Below are positions 41,553 to 54,695 of a stretch of 64,000 nt of DNA, one piece after another. The notes under the pieces are model-generated. The model did not search any database and was not told the DNA's origin. It saw only the letters and a list, made by a program, of their open reading frames with translations. The stretch's first letter is position 1. Every line of letters starts with the position of its first letter. The stretch lies in the NCBI RefSeq assembly GCF_006345805.1, contig NC_043002.1:37076001-37140000 (forward strand). The letters are read 5' to 3'. A program made the position numbers and the translations under genes. Source of the stretch: Octopus sinensis (Eukaryota).

Positions 41553-41990
41553 GAGAACCATCCGAACGTGGCCATTGCCAGTGCTGCCCTGACTGGCTTC
41601 TGTGCTGGTGGCACGTAAAAAGCACCATCCGATCGTGGCCGTTGCCAGCTCCGCCTGGCCTCCGTGCCGGTGGCACGTAAAAAGCACCATCCGATCGTGG
41701 CCGTTTGCCAGCCTCGCCTGGCCTCCGTGCCAGTGGCACATAAAAAGCACCGTCCGACCGTGGCCGTTTGCCAGCCTCGACTGGCACCTGTGCCGGTGGC
41801 ATGTAAAAAGCACCCACAACACTCATGCAGTGGTTGGCGTTAGGAAGGGCATCCAGCCGTAGAAACATTGCCAGATCAGACTGGGCCTGGTGCAGCCTTC
41901 TGGCTGCCCAGACCCCAGTTGCACTGTCCAACCCATGCCAGCATGGAAAGTGGACGCTAAACGATGATGATGATAATGATAATGATGATA
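41553..41990 (+). mobile_element. SINE family C, young copy with four ~60-bp internal tandem units
   Basis: accatccgatcgtggccgtt...gccggtggcacgtaaaaagc x4, CpG-rich; tail aacgatgatgatgat. Confidence 0.9.
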
Positions 41991-42007
41991 TATATATATA
42001 TATATAG

Positions 42008-42500
42008 CCTATATAAAATCCGTTCTGCCTGTCTGTCTGTGTTTTTTATGATCTTGGGCATCCTCCATCCGATAGCGCTCAAATTTGATATGTAGACACC
42101 TATGAAATCAGGGTGTGTATAAGTCTTGAAAAAATTACAAAAATCGATTCCAGGTGAGAATGTGATCGATAAAGCCGTTTTTGTCCTGCTTTTCTTCCTT
42201 CAACCTGTACATAAATGCACCTTCGATTTTTTTTGCTTTTGTACAGCTTAAAGGCATGTTTCTTTCCTGCCAAGCTTACTGTTTAAACGATGTTTGTGTT
42301 CTCCCAGTCAACAGCCTTATCATTACTGGTACTTTAAACTCTTCGGTTGCATATTTGTGTGAATAAAATCGTTTTTCTTTGGAATAGAAAAAAAGTCATC
42401 TTTATGTCTTCTTTTGCTGGTGTCTCAAATTTAGGTTAAATCAGTGTTTCTCAAAGGGGAGGCCTATGGGACGTTTGGACAAGTTGTTTTGAGAAAATTT
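42008..42500 (+). mobile_element. Probable Helitron-type non-autonomous element, 5' part
   Basis: Starts ctatataaaa...ctgtctgtctgt...catccgatagcgctcaaatttg, resembling the 5' layout of 21178-21813; no 3' CTAG hairpin found. Confidence 0.45.
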
Positions 42501-42612
42501 GGCTTACATGTTTGACAACTCAGCACCGTCCATTGGATGGAGGGGAGTTTTGTTCGTGCACACACACACACACATATATATGTATATACATATATATATA
42601 TACATATATCTA

Positions 42613-42658
<46 letters not shown>

Positions 42659-42725
42659 CATATATATTTATATATGATTGTCTGTGTGCATGTGCATTAT
42701 GTGCATGTGTGTGTGTAAGTACGTT

Positions 42726-42760
<35 letters not shown>

Positions 42761-43313
42761 CTGTGTATGTCTGTGTATACTTATGTGCACTTGTGTGTAC
42801 GTGTGTGAATCTTGCAGCCTGTTATCTTGTCTTTAGTAACAGTTTTTAGGAACGTCTTATACAAAAATATATGATATATAAATTATGATATATTGATATT
42901 ATTATTAATTGTGCTGGTTGTAGAACTAGTACTAGTAGTAGCAGTTGTACTGGTGGTGGTGTTTATGCTTGAAGTAATATTAGTAGTATCGGTAGCAGTA
43001 GTGGTAGTAGCAATATTATTAATGTTATTAATAGTATTATTGTATCACTGATGAAGAGTGTCAGTGACAAAAAAAAATTATTATTATTATCAGTCAGATG
43101 TTCATTGTAGCAGAACTAAGTACATAAGAGATTCTTTGAACGTCTGTATTAAAAGAAGAACCATTCACAGACTATTTTATTTACCACTTTCTTGCCCACC
43201 ACCATCTCCACCACTACATCCAACACTGCTATTTACTATTTATTTATTTTTCGTCAATTGTTTTTTTTCTTTCTTATGATAACTTTCATTACATCTTTGT
43301 CTTTCGAATTGAA

Positions 43314-44280
43314 GATGAATAATAATGACGACAATCATTGTAATGATGATGATGATGATGAGAGTGATGATGATAATATCGGTGTTGAGGGTGATGATGA
43401 TGATGGTGATAATTGTGACGATGCTAATGATAATGATGTTGATGATAATGATGACAGCAATCCTTGTGATGATGATGATGATGATGATGATAAGGATCAT
43501 TGAGACAATGATAATTATAATGATGATGGTTGTGATGATGATGATGGTGATGATGATGATGACGATGACGACGATGGGGAGAATGATGATGATGATGTTG
43601 GTGATGAGGGTGATGATGATGATAGTGATAATTGTAATGATGATAATGATAATGATGTTGATGATAACGATGACAGCAATCATTGTGATGATGACGATGA
43701 TGATGATGATGATAAAGATCATTGAGACAATGATAATGATAATGATGATGGTTGTGATGACGATGATGGCGATGATGATGATAATGATGATGATGACGAT
43801 GGCGACGATGATGAGAATGATGATGATGATGTTGGTGATGAGGGTGATGATGATGATAGTGACAATTGTGATGATGATAATGATAATGATAATGATGATA
43901 ACGATGACAGCAATCATTGTAATGAAGATGATGAGAATGATGATGATGATGCTGGCGATGAGGATGATGATGATGATAGTGATAATTGTGATGATAATGA
44001 TGGTGACAATAACAATGACAGCAATCATTGTGATGATGATGGTAAGGGTCATTAGGACAATGATAATGATAATGATGATGGCTATGATGACGATGATAGT
44101 GATGATTATGATGATGATGATGATGATTTTAGTGATAGTAATGAGGATGGTAATCAGTGACAGTGATATGATAATGATTATTATGATGACAATGATGATA
44201 ATAATGCATCAGTCAATGAAGATATTAAGGATAAAATGATAATGATGGTGGTTATTATTGTGATGATGATGACATTGAAG
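43314..44280. repeat. (GAT)n-derived satellite with ~220-bp higher-order period
   Basis: gatcattgagacaatgataa at ~43495 and ~43718; gacagcaatc recurs four times. Confidence 0.9.
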
Positions 44281-44500
44281 AAATGGATGTATAAGAGTCC
44301 TTTTTTAAATTTTTTTGTTTTACACTTTATGTAATACATCAGCATGTCTTTCGACAGTTTCAGGATAAGATCTGCTTTCTAGAAGACATTCCTGGCACCT
44401 CACTCTACCCATCTTCACTTCTGGTATAAAGAATGTTGTGAATGGACCCTGCCCCATGATTCTGCTCAAAGCATAACATAGATGTTTCAGAGAAAGAGAA

Positions 44501-44538
<38 letters not shown>

Positions 44539-45150
44539 GGGGAAAGAGAGAGAAAAGAATCTATTCATAAATCTGACAAGAACTTTATTGATTGTCTCCA
44601 GAAGGTTGGAAAATGAAGTTAATTTTGGCAGGACTTGAACCCAATGAGAAGAGAATTGGAATAAAAATTGCAAGCCATTCTAACCAACACCCAAATGATT
44701 TTACCAATTTGCTGCCTCTGTATAATAGGAGGCCCAAACAAAAATTACAGCATTAAACATTGTGACATAAGGACTAATTATTCTTTCAAAGGTTCACAAT
44801 ACATCTTTATAATCTAAATAATAATGATCAAATGGTAAACTGGGGTAGTGCATATTATATCTCTGTGTAACAGATTTTTATAAATGTAATTTGGTGTTGG
44901 GAAGGACATCCAGCTGTAAAAACCCTACCAAGACAGAGAGTGAAACCTGATGTAGTCTTCTGCACATGGTTTTAAGTTCAGTTATACTGCATGGCACCTT
45001 GACCAAATGTCTTTTGTTAGAGCTCTGAGCTGACCAAAGTCTTGCTTGTGGATTTGGTAGACAGAAACTGAATGAAATTCACTCTACACAGACACAGACA
45101 CACACACATACAAAACTTAGTAAAACATTATCTTGATTTAAAAGATATAT

Positions 45151-45382
45151 ATTTCTTTACTACCTACAAGGGGCTAAACACAGAGGGGACAAACAAGGAC
45201 AGACAAAGTGATTAAGTCGATTCCATCGACCCCAGTGCGTAACTGGTACTTAATTTATCGACCCCGAAAGGATGAAAGGCAAAGTCGACCTCGGTGCAAT
45301 TTGAACTCAGAACGTAACGGCAGACGAAATACGGCTACGCATTTCGCCTAGCGTGCTACCGTTTCTGTCAGCTCACCGCCTT
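45151..45382 (-). mobile_element. SINE family A, young copy with TSD
   Basis: tttaaaagatatat on both flanks. Confidence 0.9.
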
Positions 45383-45607
45383 TTTATATTTAAAAGATAT
45401 ATGCTAGTTACAAAACCATTTCTTCAGAATCAAATTTCAAAGGGCAAAGATGTAGAAGAAACTTGAATAATATCAGTCACTTGTGTTTTAAACCCTGTCA
45501 GTCAGCATCTGGTCTTAAAAGTCATCTGAGGGCTCATCAATGGAGGGATTGTGCTATGTATGTTGATGGGACAGCTATCATGTGTCAAGATGAAGCAATC
45601 ATCATAT

Positions 45608-45903
45608 ATGTAAAAAGCACCATCCGATCGTGGTCGTTGCCAGCCTCGCCTGGCCCCCGTGCCGGTGGCACGTAAAAAGCACTATCCGTCCGTGGCCGTT
45701 TGCTAGCTCCGTCTGGCACCTGTGTGGGTGGCACGTAACAAGCACCCACTACACTCATGGAGTGGTTGGCGTTAGGAAGGGCATCCAGCCATAGAAACAC
45801 TACCAGATCAGACTGGGCCTGATGCAGCCTTCTGGCTTCACAGACCCCGGTTGAACCGTCCAACCCATGCTAGCATGGAAAGCGGACGCTAAATGATGAT
45901 GAT
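45608..45903 (+). mobile_element. SINE family C, two internal units
   Basis: Very similar to the 41553 copy. Confidence 0.85.
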
Positions 45904-45914
45904 ATATATATATC

Positions 45915-46141
45915 TTATTCTTAAACAAGAATATTGTTGACAGTGATGTTGAAGTTTTGTCCAGCTAAGCCATCATTAGATTGTGATGCATTATAGTTAG
46001 TCCTGACTTTATATAGTCTCTGCTGTATTAAAATCTTCTTTGGGTGTGTGAGTTTGAGTGGGATAGTAATTAGGTTTTTATGCCTGGTTATTATGGATAA
46101 ACTTCGAAGTCACTGTCAACATTATTCTTGTTTAAGAATAA
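45915..46141. repeat. MITE-like element with ~48-bp terminal inverted repeats
   Basis: ttattcttaaacaagaatattgttgacagtga...gaagttt..tcca versus tggataaacttc...tcactgtcaacattattcttgtttaagaataa. Confidence 0.75.
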
Positions 46142-47635
46142 CAAATTTGTACTCGACAAAAGTATAGAGTAACTCACCAGATAAATGTAAAATTGTTTTT
46201 ATTATGACTATAACTGAACATAAAAGCAAACAATATATATATATGTATGTGTGTGTGTGTGTGTGGGTGTGGGTGTGTACACATACATGCATTCATGCAC
46301 TCTCACACACACACATGTATAGATATGAATAAGTGTTTCTATGTATATATATGTATGTATCTTTCTGTTTCCTTGTTTTGACATCACTTGAGAGTTATAA
46401 ATGAATGTCACTACCATACAAACAATGTTTTTTGTTTCCAATCTTCCATGAAAATATGATCAGCCAGATGGAAATAGTACCCTGCTTGGAAACAAGTGAT
46501 GTTTAGTGACAGGAAGTACACCCAATTATAGAAAATCTACATCAATGAGTTCTGTCTGACCCATGCAAGCATAGAAAAATTGAATGTTATATTGACAACA
46601 AGAATGGTGATGATCAATAAAACAGGACAAGCAGCAATTCTTTAAAAAATATTTTTTCAATTTTTAACATTAAGCAGGCTTTTTTGTAAAAATTTTAGAT
46701 GAGCAGTGCACCAGAATTTTTTTTACTTTCCATGTGAAGTGCACCAGTAATCTTTAATTTCCCTCATAAAGTGCAACCAGCAATATCTTAATTGATTTTA
46801 GTGCATCAAAAATTGAAAAGAGAAAATTCGAAACACAGGTGTAGAGTTTTCAATAATGAATTACAGTAATAATCTACTTATTAAGTAAAAAGAAATGTTA
46901 AATGAGTGAAAGTATGTAAATAATAACAAAGAAAATAACAAGAAAATTTAGTGCCAGCCCAACACTAGCATTCAGATATTACATTCACCATAATCACAAG
47001 CAAGTAAAGGATTTCTGTAATTAGAATATTGTCATCAAATAACTACAGTAAAAATTACAAAGTATCTAATAGAAAATATTGGAGAATTAACAAAGAAAAG
47101 TATTAAACACCAAAAAAGCAAAATAAAGCTTTCAATTTTCAGAGAAGACATCAGGTGTAAACACACAAACACTGAAGCAGAAGACAGTCATGAAATATAG
47201 TGAAAAACTGAATTGTGAACGAAAAATATGAACAAAACTAGCAAGCAAAGGGCAATATTCCATGATAAAGAGAGAACTGGAAAATTTTTGTAAAGAATGG
47301 TTTATTATTCATTGCAGCTGAGCAGAGTAAAATTAGATTAAGAAATGACACAATACAGGGTGAAAAAATATCCTCTCATCAGAAACTACCAAGAGTAATT
47401 GTAGAATTCTTATGTTTGAGACATGTATTCATTTGAGTGGCATTTTCTACCAATTCAGTCCAAGTCTAGACAGAATAAAAATGAATAATTATAGGTGCTG
47501 GTATGGCAGGGTGGTTAAGAAACTTTCTTTGCAACAACATCGTTTTGAGTCCAGTCCTATTGTGTGGCCTGGGTCGACCAATGAGTAAATTTGGTAGATG
47601 GAAACCAATCATATACACACACACACACGTGTGTA

Positions 47636-47672
<37 letters not shown>

Positions 47673-50651
47673 GGAGGCACATGGCCTACTGGTTAGAGCA
47701 GCAGACTCACTGTCGATGGATTGCAGGTTCAAATCTCAGACCAGACAATGTGTGTGTTTATGAGCGAAACACCTAAGCTCAACACGGCTCATGCAGAAGG
47801 TAATGGCGAACTTCTGCTGACTCTTTTACCACAACTTTCTCTCACTCTTTCCTCCTGCATCTTGCAGCTCATCTGCGACGGACTGGTGTCCTGTCCAGGT
47901 GGGGAACCTATATGCCAAAGAAACTATCCCTTATGAGCTAGGCATGGCTCGAGAAGGAACAAACGATATATATATACACACACACACTCACACTCTTGGA
48001 GTGGTGAACGTTAGGAAGGGAATCCAGCTGTAGAAACTTTGCCAGATCAGATTGGAGCCTAGTGTGGCCTCCTGGCTTGCCAGTCCTCAGTCAAACTGTC
48101 CAATCCATGCCAGCATGGAAAGCGGACATTAAACGATGGTGAGGATGATGTGTATGTGTATGACTTTGTGTCCATTCTTTGATGTTCTTTTATTATATAT
48201 ATCATCTATGGATGTTTTTTGGGATTTTCAGATTACTGGTGCAAGAGCTTCCTAGGGAGTCCCCACCTTTCAATTTTCAGATAACCACCATCTGTGCAAG
48301 TACTTCACGAAGTAAATGCTAAGATTATTCATCCCAATTCACTTACTTTTCACACATACATACATAAATATATATATATGTGCGTGCATGAATGAGTGTG
48401 TGCATGTGTATGAATGAGTGGGCGTGTGTGTGTATGTAGATGCGCACATGAATGTGCATGTATAACATCCTATGCTTTTGTTACCACAGGTGATAAAATG
48501 TTTATATTCCAACCAGTAGTTGGGTGCTTTCTACATTGATGTGTTAGTCATACTGTAGAATTTTCTTTGCAAGAACAAACCTTTTGTGTATCACATAAAA
48601 TTAAAAAGGTCTATGAAAACAAGGCAAATGTACTTTGGGACCGATCTCTTGACACTGTCTAGTGGGGGGTAAAAAAAAAAAAAGAAAAACCTAGCTAGGT
48701 ATCATACACAATGGCAATCAAACAAAAATGATTTCTGATATAAATTTTAATATCAAAATATGTCTCGCAAAAAGAACTTTTAGATATTTATCTGAATCAG
48801 AATCTAAATATACGTTTCCAGAAGGTGGCAAATGAAAACAGATACTATATAATAACTGTTGAACTGTGATTAATATAAATGCAAGTGCTAGGAAGGAATA
48901 CTTGTGTGTGTGTATACATACATACATATATATGCACACATATATATATATATATAAATATAAATATGTGTGTGTACATAAAGGGGAAGAGTGCACAAGA
49001 GAGGGAGGGATAACTGGCAAGAAAATATATTTTCTATATGTCTGTGTGTGTATATATATTTATATATATATATATATATAAATATATATACACACACACA
49101 TATATATACATATATATATATATAAATAGAATGGGAGCAAGCGCTAATCCGAATGATATGATATATATGTAAAAAATGTAATATATAAATAAATATCTAC
49201 AAATATGAACCATCTGATCTGATTACCTCAATTTTTCTAATATGTATATAAATATACACATATGTTTATACACACACCCACACATATATATACACTTACA
49301 TACACACACATACATATACATACATACTTTTATATATATATGTGTGTGTGTGTGTTTATATCTAGCCAGAAGGCTACCTATAAGGTATGGATGATTGATT
49401 TAGCTTATCGCAGAGAGGAAAATCACTTAATTCATACGCCATACAATAAATGAAACTGGAAAAAGTAAAAGCACCAAAATTGAAAATCACTGATAAAAAA
49501 AAAAAGTAAAATTTGAAGATTGCACACGTTGGAATGTTTTTATTTAGTCCTAGATCATATCTAACTGAGCAAACCTTTTACCAATCCTGTATAGAGGCTC
49601 CATAATAATTTGGTGCAGTGATTTTCAGCCTTTTCAGTCTATGGCATACTGAATACGGTGCTAAGGGTGTTATTACAATAAAAGATTTTCTGTTGAGTTT
49701 GCAAGATTCTTTAATGTGAACTCATTTGTTGAAACAGATTTTGTTGTAATTTGAGAGGGTCATTATGCCAATAATGAACACATTCATTGATTCTATTTTA
49801 CTTCTTTTTATATTATTATTAGTCAGTTAGTTTAGGTTGACAAGCTGACAAATCAATTAGCATGCCGGACAAATGCTTAGTGGCATTTCATCAGATTTTA
49901 TGTTCTGAGTTGAAATTCCACCAATGGGAACTTTGCCTCTCATCCTTTCAAGGTTGATAAAATAAGTGCCAGTCAAGTAATGGAGTCGATGTAAATGCCT
50001 TCCTCCTCCCCTCAAAAACTGCTGGCCTTGTGCCAAAATTTGAAAGCACTGTTTGTCAATTAGTTTACAATTTAACGAATTAACTAATCAAATGATTGAT
50101 TAATAGTTTGGTTAATCACTGTCAATCAATCCAGGTCTGAAGTAGATAGGATATATCATTGATGAGGTTGTGAATAGCAATGAAAGGACTCTGATAAACC
50201 TTATTGATTAATTAAGTGCCCAAATGACTAATCAAAAAATCGATTAGTCAAATGGCTAAATGACTAATAATAATAAGAATTGATTAACTACTAAATGACT
50301 AGTAATAATAATAATAATAAAAAACTGAAATAAAACCAGATGTGTGTTTATCATTTATATAATGACCCTTCCCAGGTACAATACAAGAATTTTAGCAAAT
50401 AAAAACAAGTTGGAAATGTTTCAAAATAAAGATGGTTGCATGTCGTATTTTGTGGCAAAGAAAATAAAAAAAGACATGCTAAAATGTATCCTGGCACTTT
50501 TAAATTGCCTCAGAAATTGTGGCACAATTGCGGAAAATATCAGGCACACAAGTGTGCCATGAAATAGTGGTTGAAAATCGGTGTATAATTAGTTATGATA
50601 TTTGTTGTGTCAATTGTGATCGATTTGTTAGGTGGTGAAACAAATGAAGTT

Positions 50652-51101
50652 AAGGCGGTTAGCTGGTAGAATCGTTAGCACGCCGGGCGAAATACTTAGC
50701 GGTATTTCATCTGCCGCTACATTCTGAGTTCAAATTCTGCTGAGGTCGACTTTGCCTTTCATCCTTTCGGGGTCGATTAAACAAGTACCAGTTACACACT
50801 GGGGTTGATATAATCAACTTATTCGTTTGTCTGTCCTTGTTTGTCCCCTCTATGTTTAGCCCTTTATGGGCAATAAAGAAATAAGAAACGTTAGTGTGCT
50901 GGGCAAAATGCTTAGTGGTATTTCATCTGCTGCTACGTTCTGAGTTCAAATTCTGCCGAGGTCGACTTTGCCTTTCATCCTATCGGGGTCAATTAAACAA
51001 GTACCAGTTATGCACTGGAGGCGATATAATCAACTTAATCCATTTGTCTGTCCTTGCTTGTTCCCTCTGTGTGTAGCCCCTTGTGGGCAGTAAAGAAATA
51101 A
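50652..51101 (+). mobile_element. Head-to-tail dimer of SINE family A with one flanking TSD pair
   Basis: gaaacaaatgaagttaa before and gaaacaaattaagttaa after the dimer. Confidence 0.85.
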
Positions 51102-53497
51102 GAAACAAATTAAGTTAAAATCCCAATGAGCCACATTAATCAAATTGAAAATGTAACTAGAGAAATATATACACAGATGCAGTAAACTGTACTATTATCA
51201 TTTTAATATTCATTTTACCATGCTCACATAGGTGGATGGAGTTCATTGAGGCAAATTTTCTACAGCTGGGATGCTCTTCCTGTCACCAACTTCTACTCAG
51301 AAATGTTTCCATGGTAGATTGCTTATATGATGGTGACACTTGTTTACATCTACCATGTCATGTCCAAACAAGAAGATAACACACTCACCTTCACATGTAC
51401 ACGTATACGTACACAAAAATATATACTTGCCTTAGTATCCATAATTCAGAAAAATACACTCTCTTGCCATATTTGTCAATAGAGTAGATATAGATCAATT
51501 TAATACTGCATATGTCAATTAACACACATACACACACACATATTCTTTTATTCTTTTCTTCATTTCAGCCATGTGGCTGAAGCACTAATATTACTGGGGG
51601 GGGGGGTAGAGCGGTCTGCCCCAGGAAGAACTTTTAAAGTGGCACCACTTTTGGGTCTGCTGTAGGCGATATGTGTTTTTTGTGGGGTATGGGCGTGACA
51701 GACAGAAGGGCTGCCCTAAATGGCACACATTCTAGCTATGCTAGTTGGCTGAAGAATATCTGTTTCTATACTGGCATGGGTTGAATGGCTTGACCTGAGC
51801 TTGTAAAGCCAGGGGCTGCACCAGGCTCCATTATCTGCTCTGGCATGCTTTTCATGGCAGGATGCCCTTCCTAGCATCAACCACTCCACAGAACGTACTG
51901 GGTACTTTTTTTGTGAAACCAGCACCAGTGCTTTTTTTTGTGGTATCAGCACCAGTAAGAAATCTGCTGTGGCATATGGGTCTTCTTGACGCACACATGC
52001 AATAGGATTCCATGCTGTTTCCAACCTCCAAATTCACTCACAAGGCATTTGTCATCCTTGAGCTATAGAAAAAGACAACTGCTCAAGGTACCACACACTA
52101 GGACTGAACTGAAAGCCATGTGGTTGTGAAGCAAGCTTCTTAAGCATACACCCACGTTTGCGCTTTTATTTTGTCAATGTCTGAGGGATGTAAAGCTAAG
52201 CTGGTTTTGATATAATTTGAACTCAGAAGCTAATGAGCCAGAAGGAAAACTGAAAGGCATTTTTTTAACACTTTAATGGTTCTGTCTATACACCATCACA
52301 GAGATTCTACTTAAAAGCCAGCTATTAAGAAGGGCTAAAGTAAAATAGACTGAGTAACATCCATAATGCGTTCTTAGCAGCAAGTTCAATTAATAAATTA
52401 CTGTGGTATTATCAATGTTTTGTTTCCAACACTGTACAGTATTACAGAAGATATCTTTAGACTGTTATCTTGTGGTACAATAATAACATTGAAACAAATG
52501 ATTATTAACACATGAGTAATTATTTTTCTGAGAAAGTCTTATGATATTCTTCAGCTTTACATTATTACAATCATTGTTATTTCTATGAATCATAAAGAAG
52601 AAATATCTGTGATTTGAGTTGTATATAATCCATCTAATTAATAATTTAAAATTCATTTCTTTGAAACCATTCAACATCAAAAAGACTGTGTCAGTCCAGA
52701 AGTGAAATGGCTTCTTTTAGGGACCTTAAGTATTATTTCATTCTGAATTATTAATGTGTTGTAAATATATTCTGTAAAAGGGGTGAACTGTATTTCATAT
52801 CATGGTGTCAGTGCAATATCACACAAGTAGCTTTACTTGAGGGGTGATTATATTGATTTTAATTTTCATCAAGCGATTAGTGTTTAGTATGATATATGCA
52901 CATACAGACACATACATAGGTGTGGCCGTGTGTTAAGAAGCTTACTTGCCAGTCACATGGCCCTGGGTTCAGTCCCATTGTGTGGCACCTCGGGTAAGTG
53001 TCTTGTGAGTGGATTTCGTTGATGGAAACTGAAAGAGGCCCATCATATATGTATATAGTATGTGTGTGTGTCTTTGTGTCTGTGTTTGTCTCCCACCATT
53101 GCTTGGCAACAGATGCTGGTGTGTTTATGTCTCCGGTAACTTAGTAGTTCAGCAAAAGAGACTAATAGAATGCCCTTCATTCAGTTCCTGCCAACCAACT
53201 TCACTGACATGGCTTTGGCTGGCCTGGGGTTATAGTAGAAAACACTTGCCAAAGGTGCCATGCAGTGAGATTAAACCCAGAATCATGTGGTTAGAAAGCA
53301 AACTACTTACCACACAACCACGCTTAAGCGAAGTGACAATGACTTCACAGTTTCAGCTTGTTTGCTCAAACTGACCTCACATCTTACTAAAATTTAATGA
53401 ATATGCACTCAACAGAAAAGTATTGAGTAATACTTTAGTTTAATGCTACATTGTATTTATGGATAACTTAGCATAAAGACAAAAATTTATATATATA

Positions 53498-53838
53498 AAA
53501 GAAAGAGAGATGACAAAGAAATAAATGATTATGTTATGAACTTCATTACCTTATAGCTGTTTCTGCTATAAGTTGTAATGTATTCATAGTTGGGTGTCTG
53601 AATAACACCATATAACTTCATCAGAACCTCAGATTTGAAGTGCAATTTATTTGGGAAAGCATTACGTTTGTAATTCTTCCCCAAATGAATTGCACTTCAC
53701 ATTCGAGGCTCTGATGAAGCTATAAGGTGTCATTCAGGCACTCCAACTATGAGTTCACTGCATCTTTATGCAGAAACAGTTGTAAACTAATGAAGTTCAT
53801 AAGATAATGATTTATTCCTTTGTCATCTCTTTTCCTTA
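53498..53838. repeat. ~340-bp fold-back (inverted repeat, 4-nt loop) with a hammerhead-like core in each arm
   Basis: Arms are symmetric about attac-gttt-gtaat (53661-53674). CTGATGA at 53711 and GAAAC at 53773 on +, mirrored on -. Confidence 0.85.
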
Positions 53839-54564
53839 TTACCACTCTATACTCAGCTAACATTTTATTCTGAAACATATGTATATTGAGTTCTGTACCA
53901 GGTTATTAGTCTCACAATACCAAAGTTTCTTTCCCACTCTTCCCTATTCATCTCCTCTCCTCTTCCCCATTTCCTCTCTCTCACTCCTCCTCCTCGACTC
54001 TCTCACCACTAACACATGACGAAAGGGAATCTATCTTCTGCCCACTACCTTCATAAAGAAAAAATGTGCTTATACTATCTCCTTCATAAGCTCAACTTCC
54101 TAGCATTCATATTAACTTTTCTATCGTCTTGGCTTAACAGCCCTCACCATTTGTTGTTACTGTTTTGTTCTCACTGTCCTGTTCTTGTTACCACTTTCAC
54201 CCTCCACAAAAAATCCCAAATTTTATTTAATTTGCTTTGCAGGAAGGACTGTTTCAACGAAGTCACATCTTGTCCTTGCCTTTGGAACACAGAGTAGATG
54301 AAACAGGGACAACTGATGAATGGGAATATTCTTTATGTTGTGTGTCTCGTTTCTCTGATTTTTTTTATTGTTAAAAAAAAGTTCATTTCTATGTTTTCGT
54401 TTCTATACTTTCGTTTCTCATTGTGTTCAACGTGTTTTTGATATCCTGTACCCATATATACATGTATATATACATGTTGTAGGTATGTACATATATGTAT
54501 GTATATATGTATATATTTATATTATTATATGATTGAATGCCACACATCCTTTTCCAAGTAAGTT

Positions 54565-54695
<131 letters not shown>

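Noticed and set aside
41553-41815. CRISPR-like regularly spaced repeats
   Set aside because: The whole ~60-bp unit repeats with no unique spacers, it lies inside a SINE, the context is eukaryotic and there are no cas genes.
43192-44239. Asp-rich, Met-rich and Ile-rich ORFs resembling acidic biomineralisation proteins
   Set aside because: They are frames of a (GAT)n satellite; the Asp frame has periodic stops and there is no signal peptide or splice context.
48790-48893. Antisense matches to the turret exon (tgaatcag, gaaggt, aatgcaagtgc); similar short match at ~55157-55180
   Set aside because: Spacing is inconsistent and such short matches are expected by chance in AT-rich DNA. They also show that the retained ECS candidates need statistical testing.
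54296-54330. gaaacagggacaactgatga as a permuted hammerhead
   Set aside because: Too little sequence between the boxes to form stems III and I; probably a PLE-related fragment.
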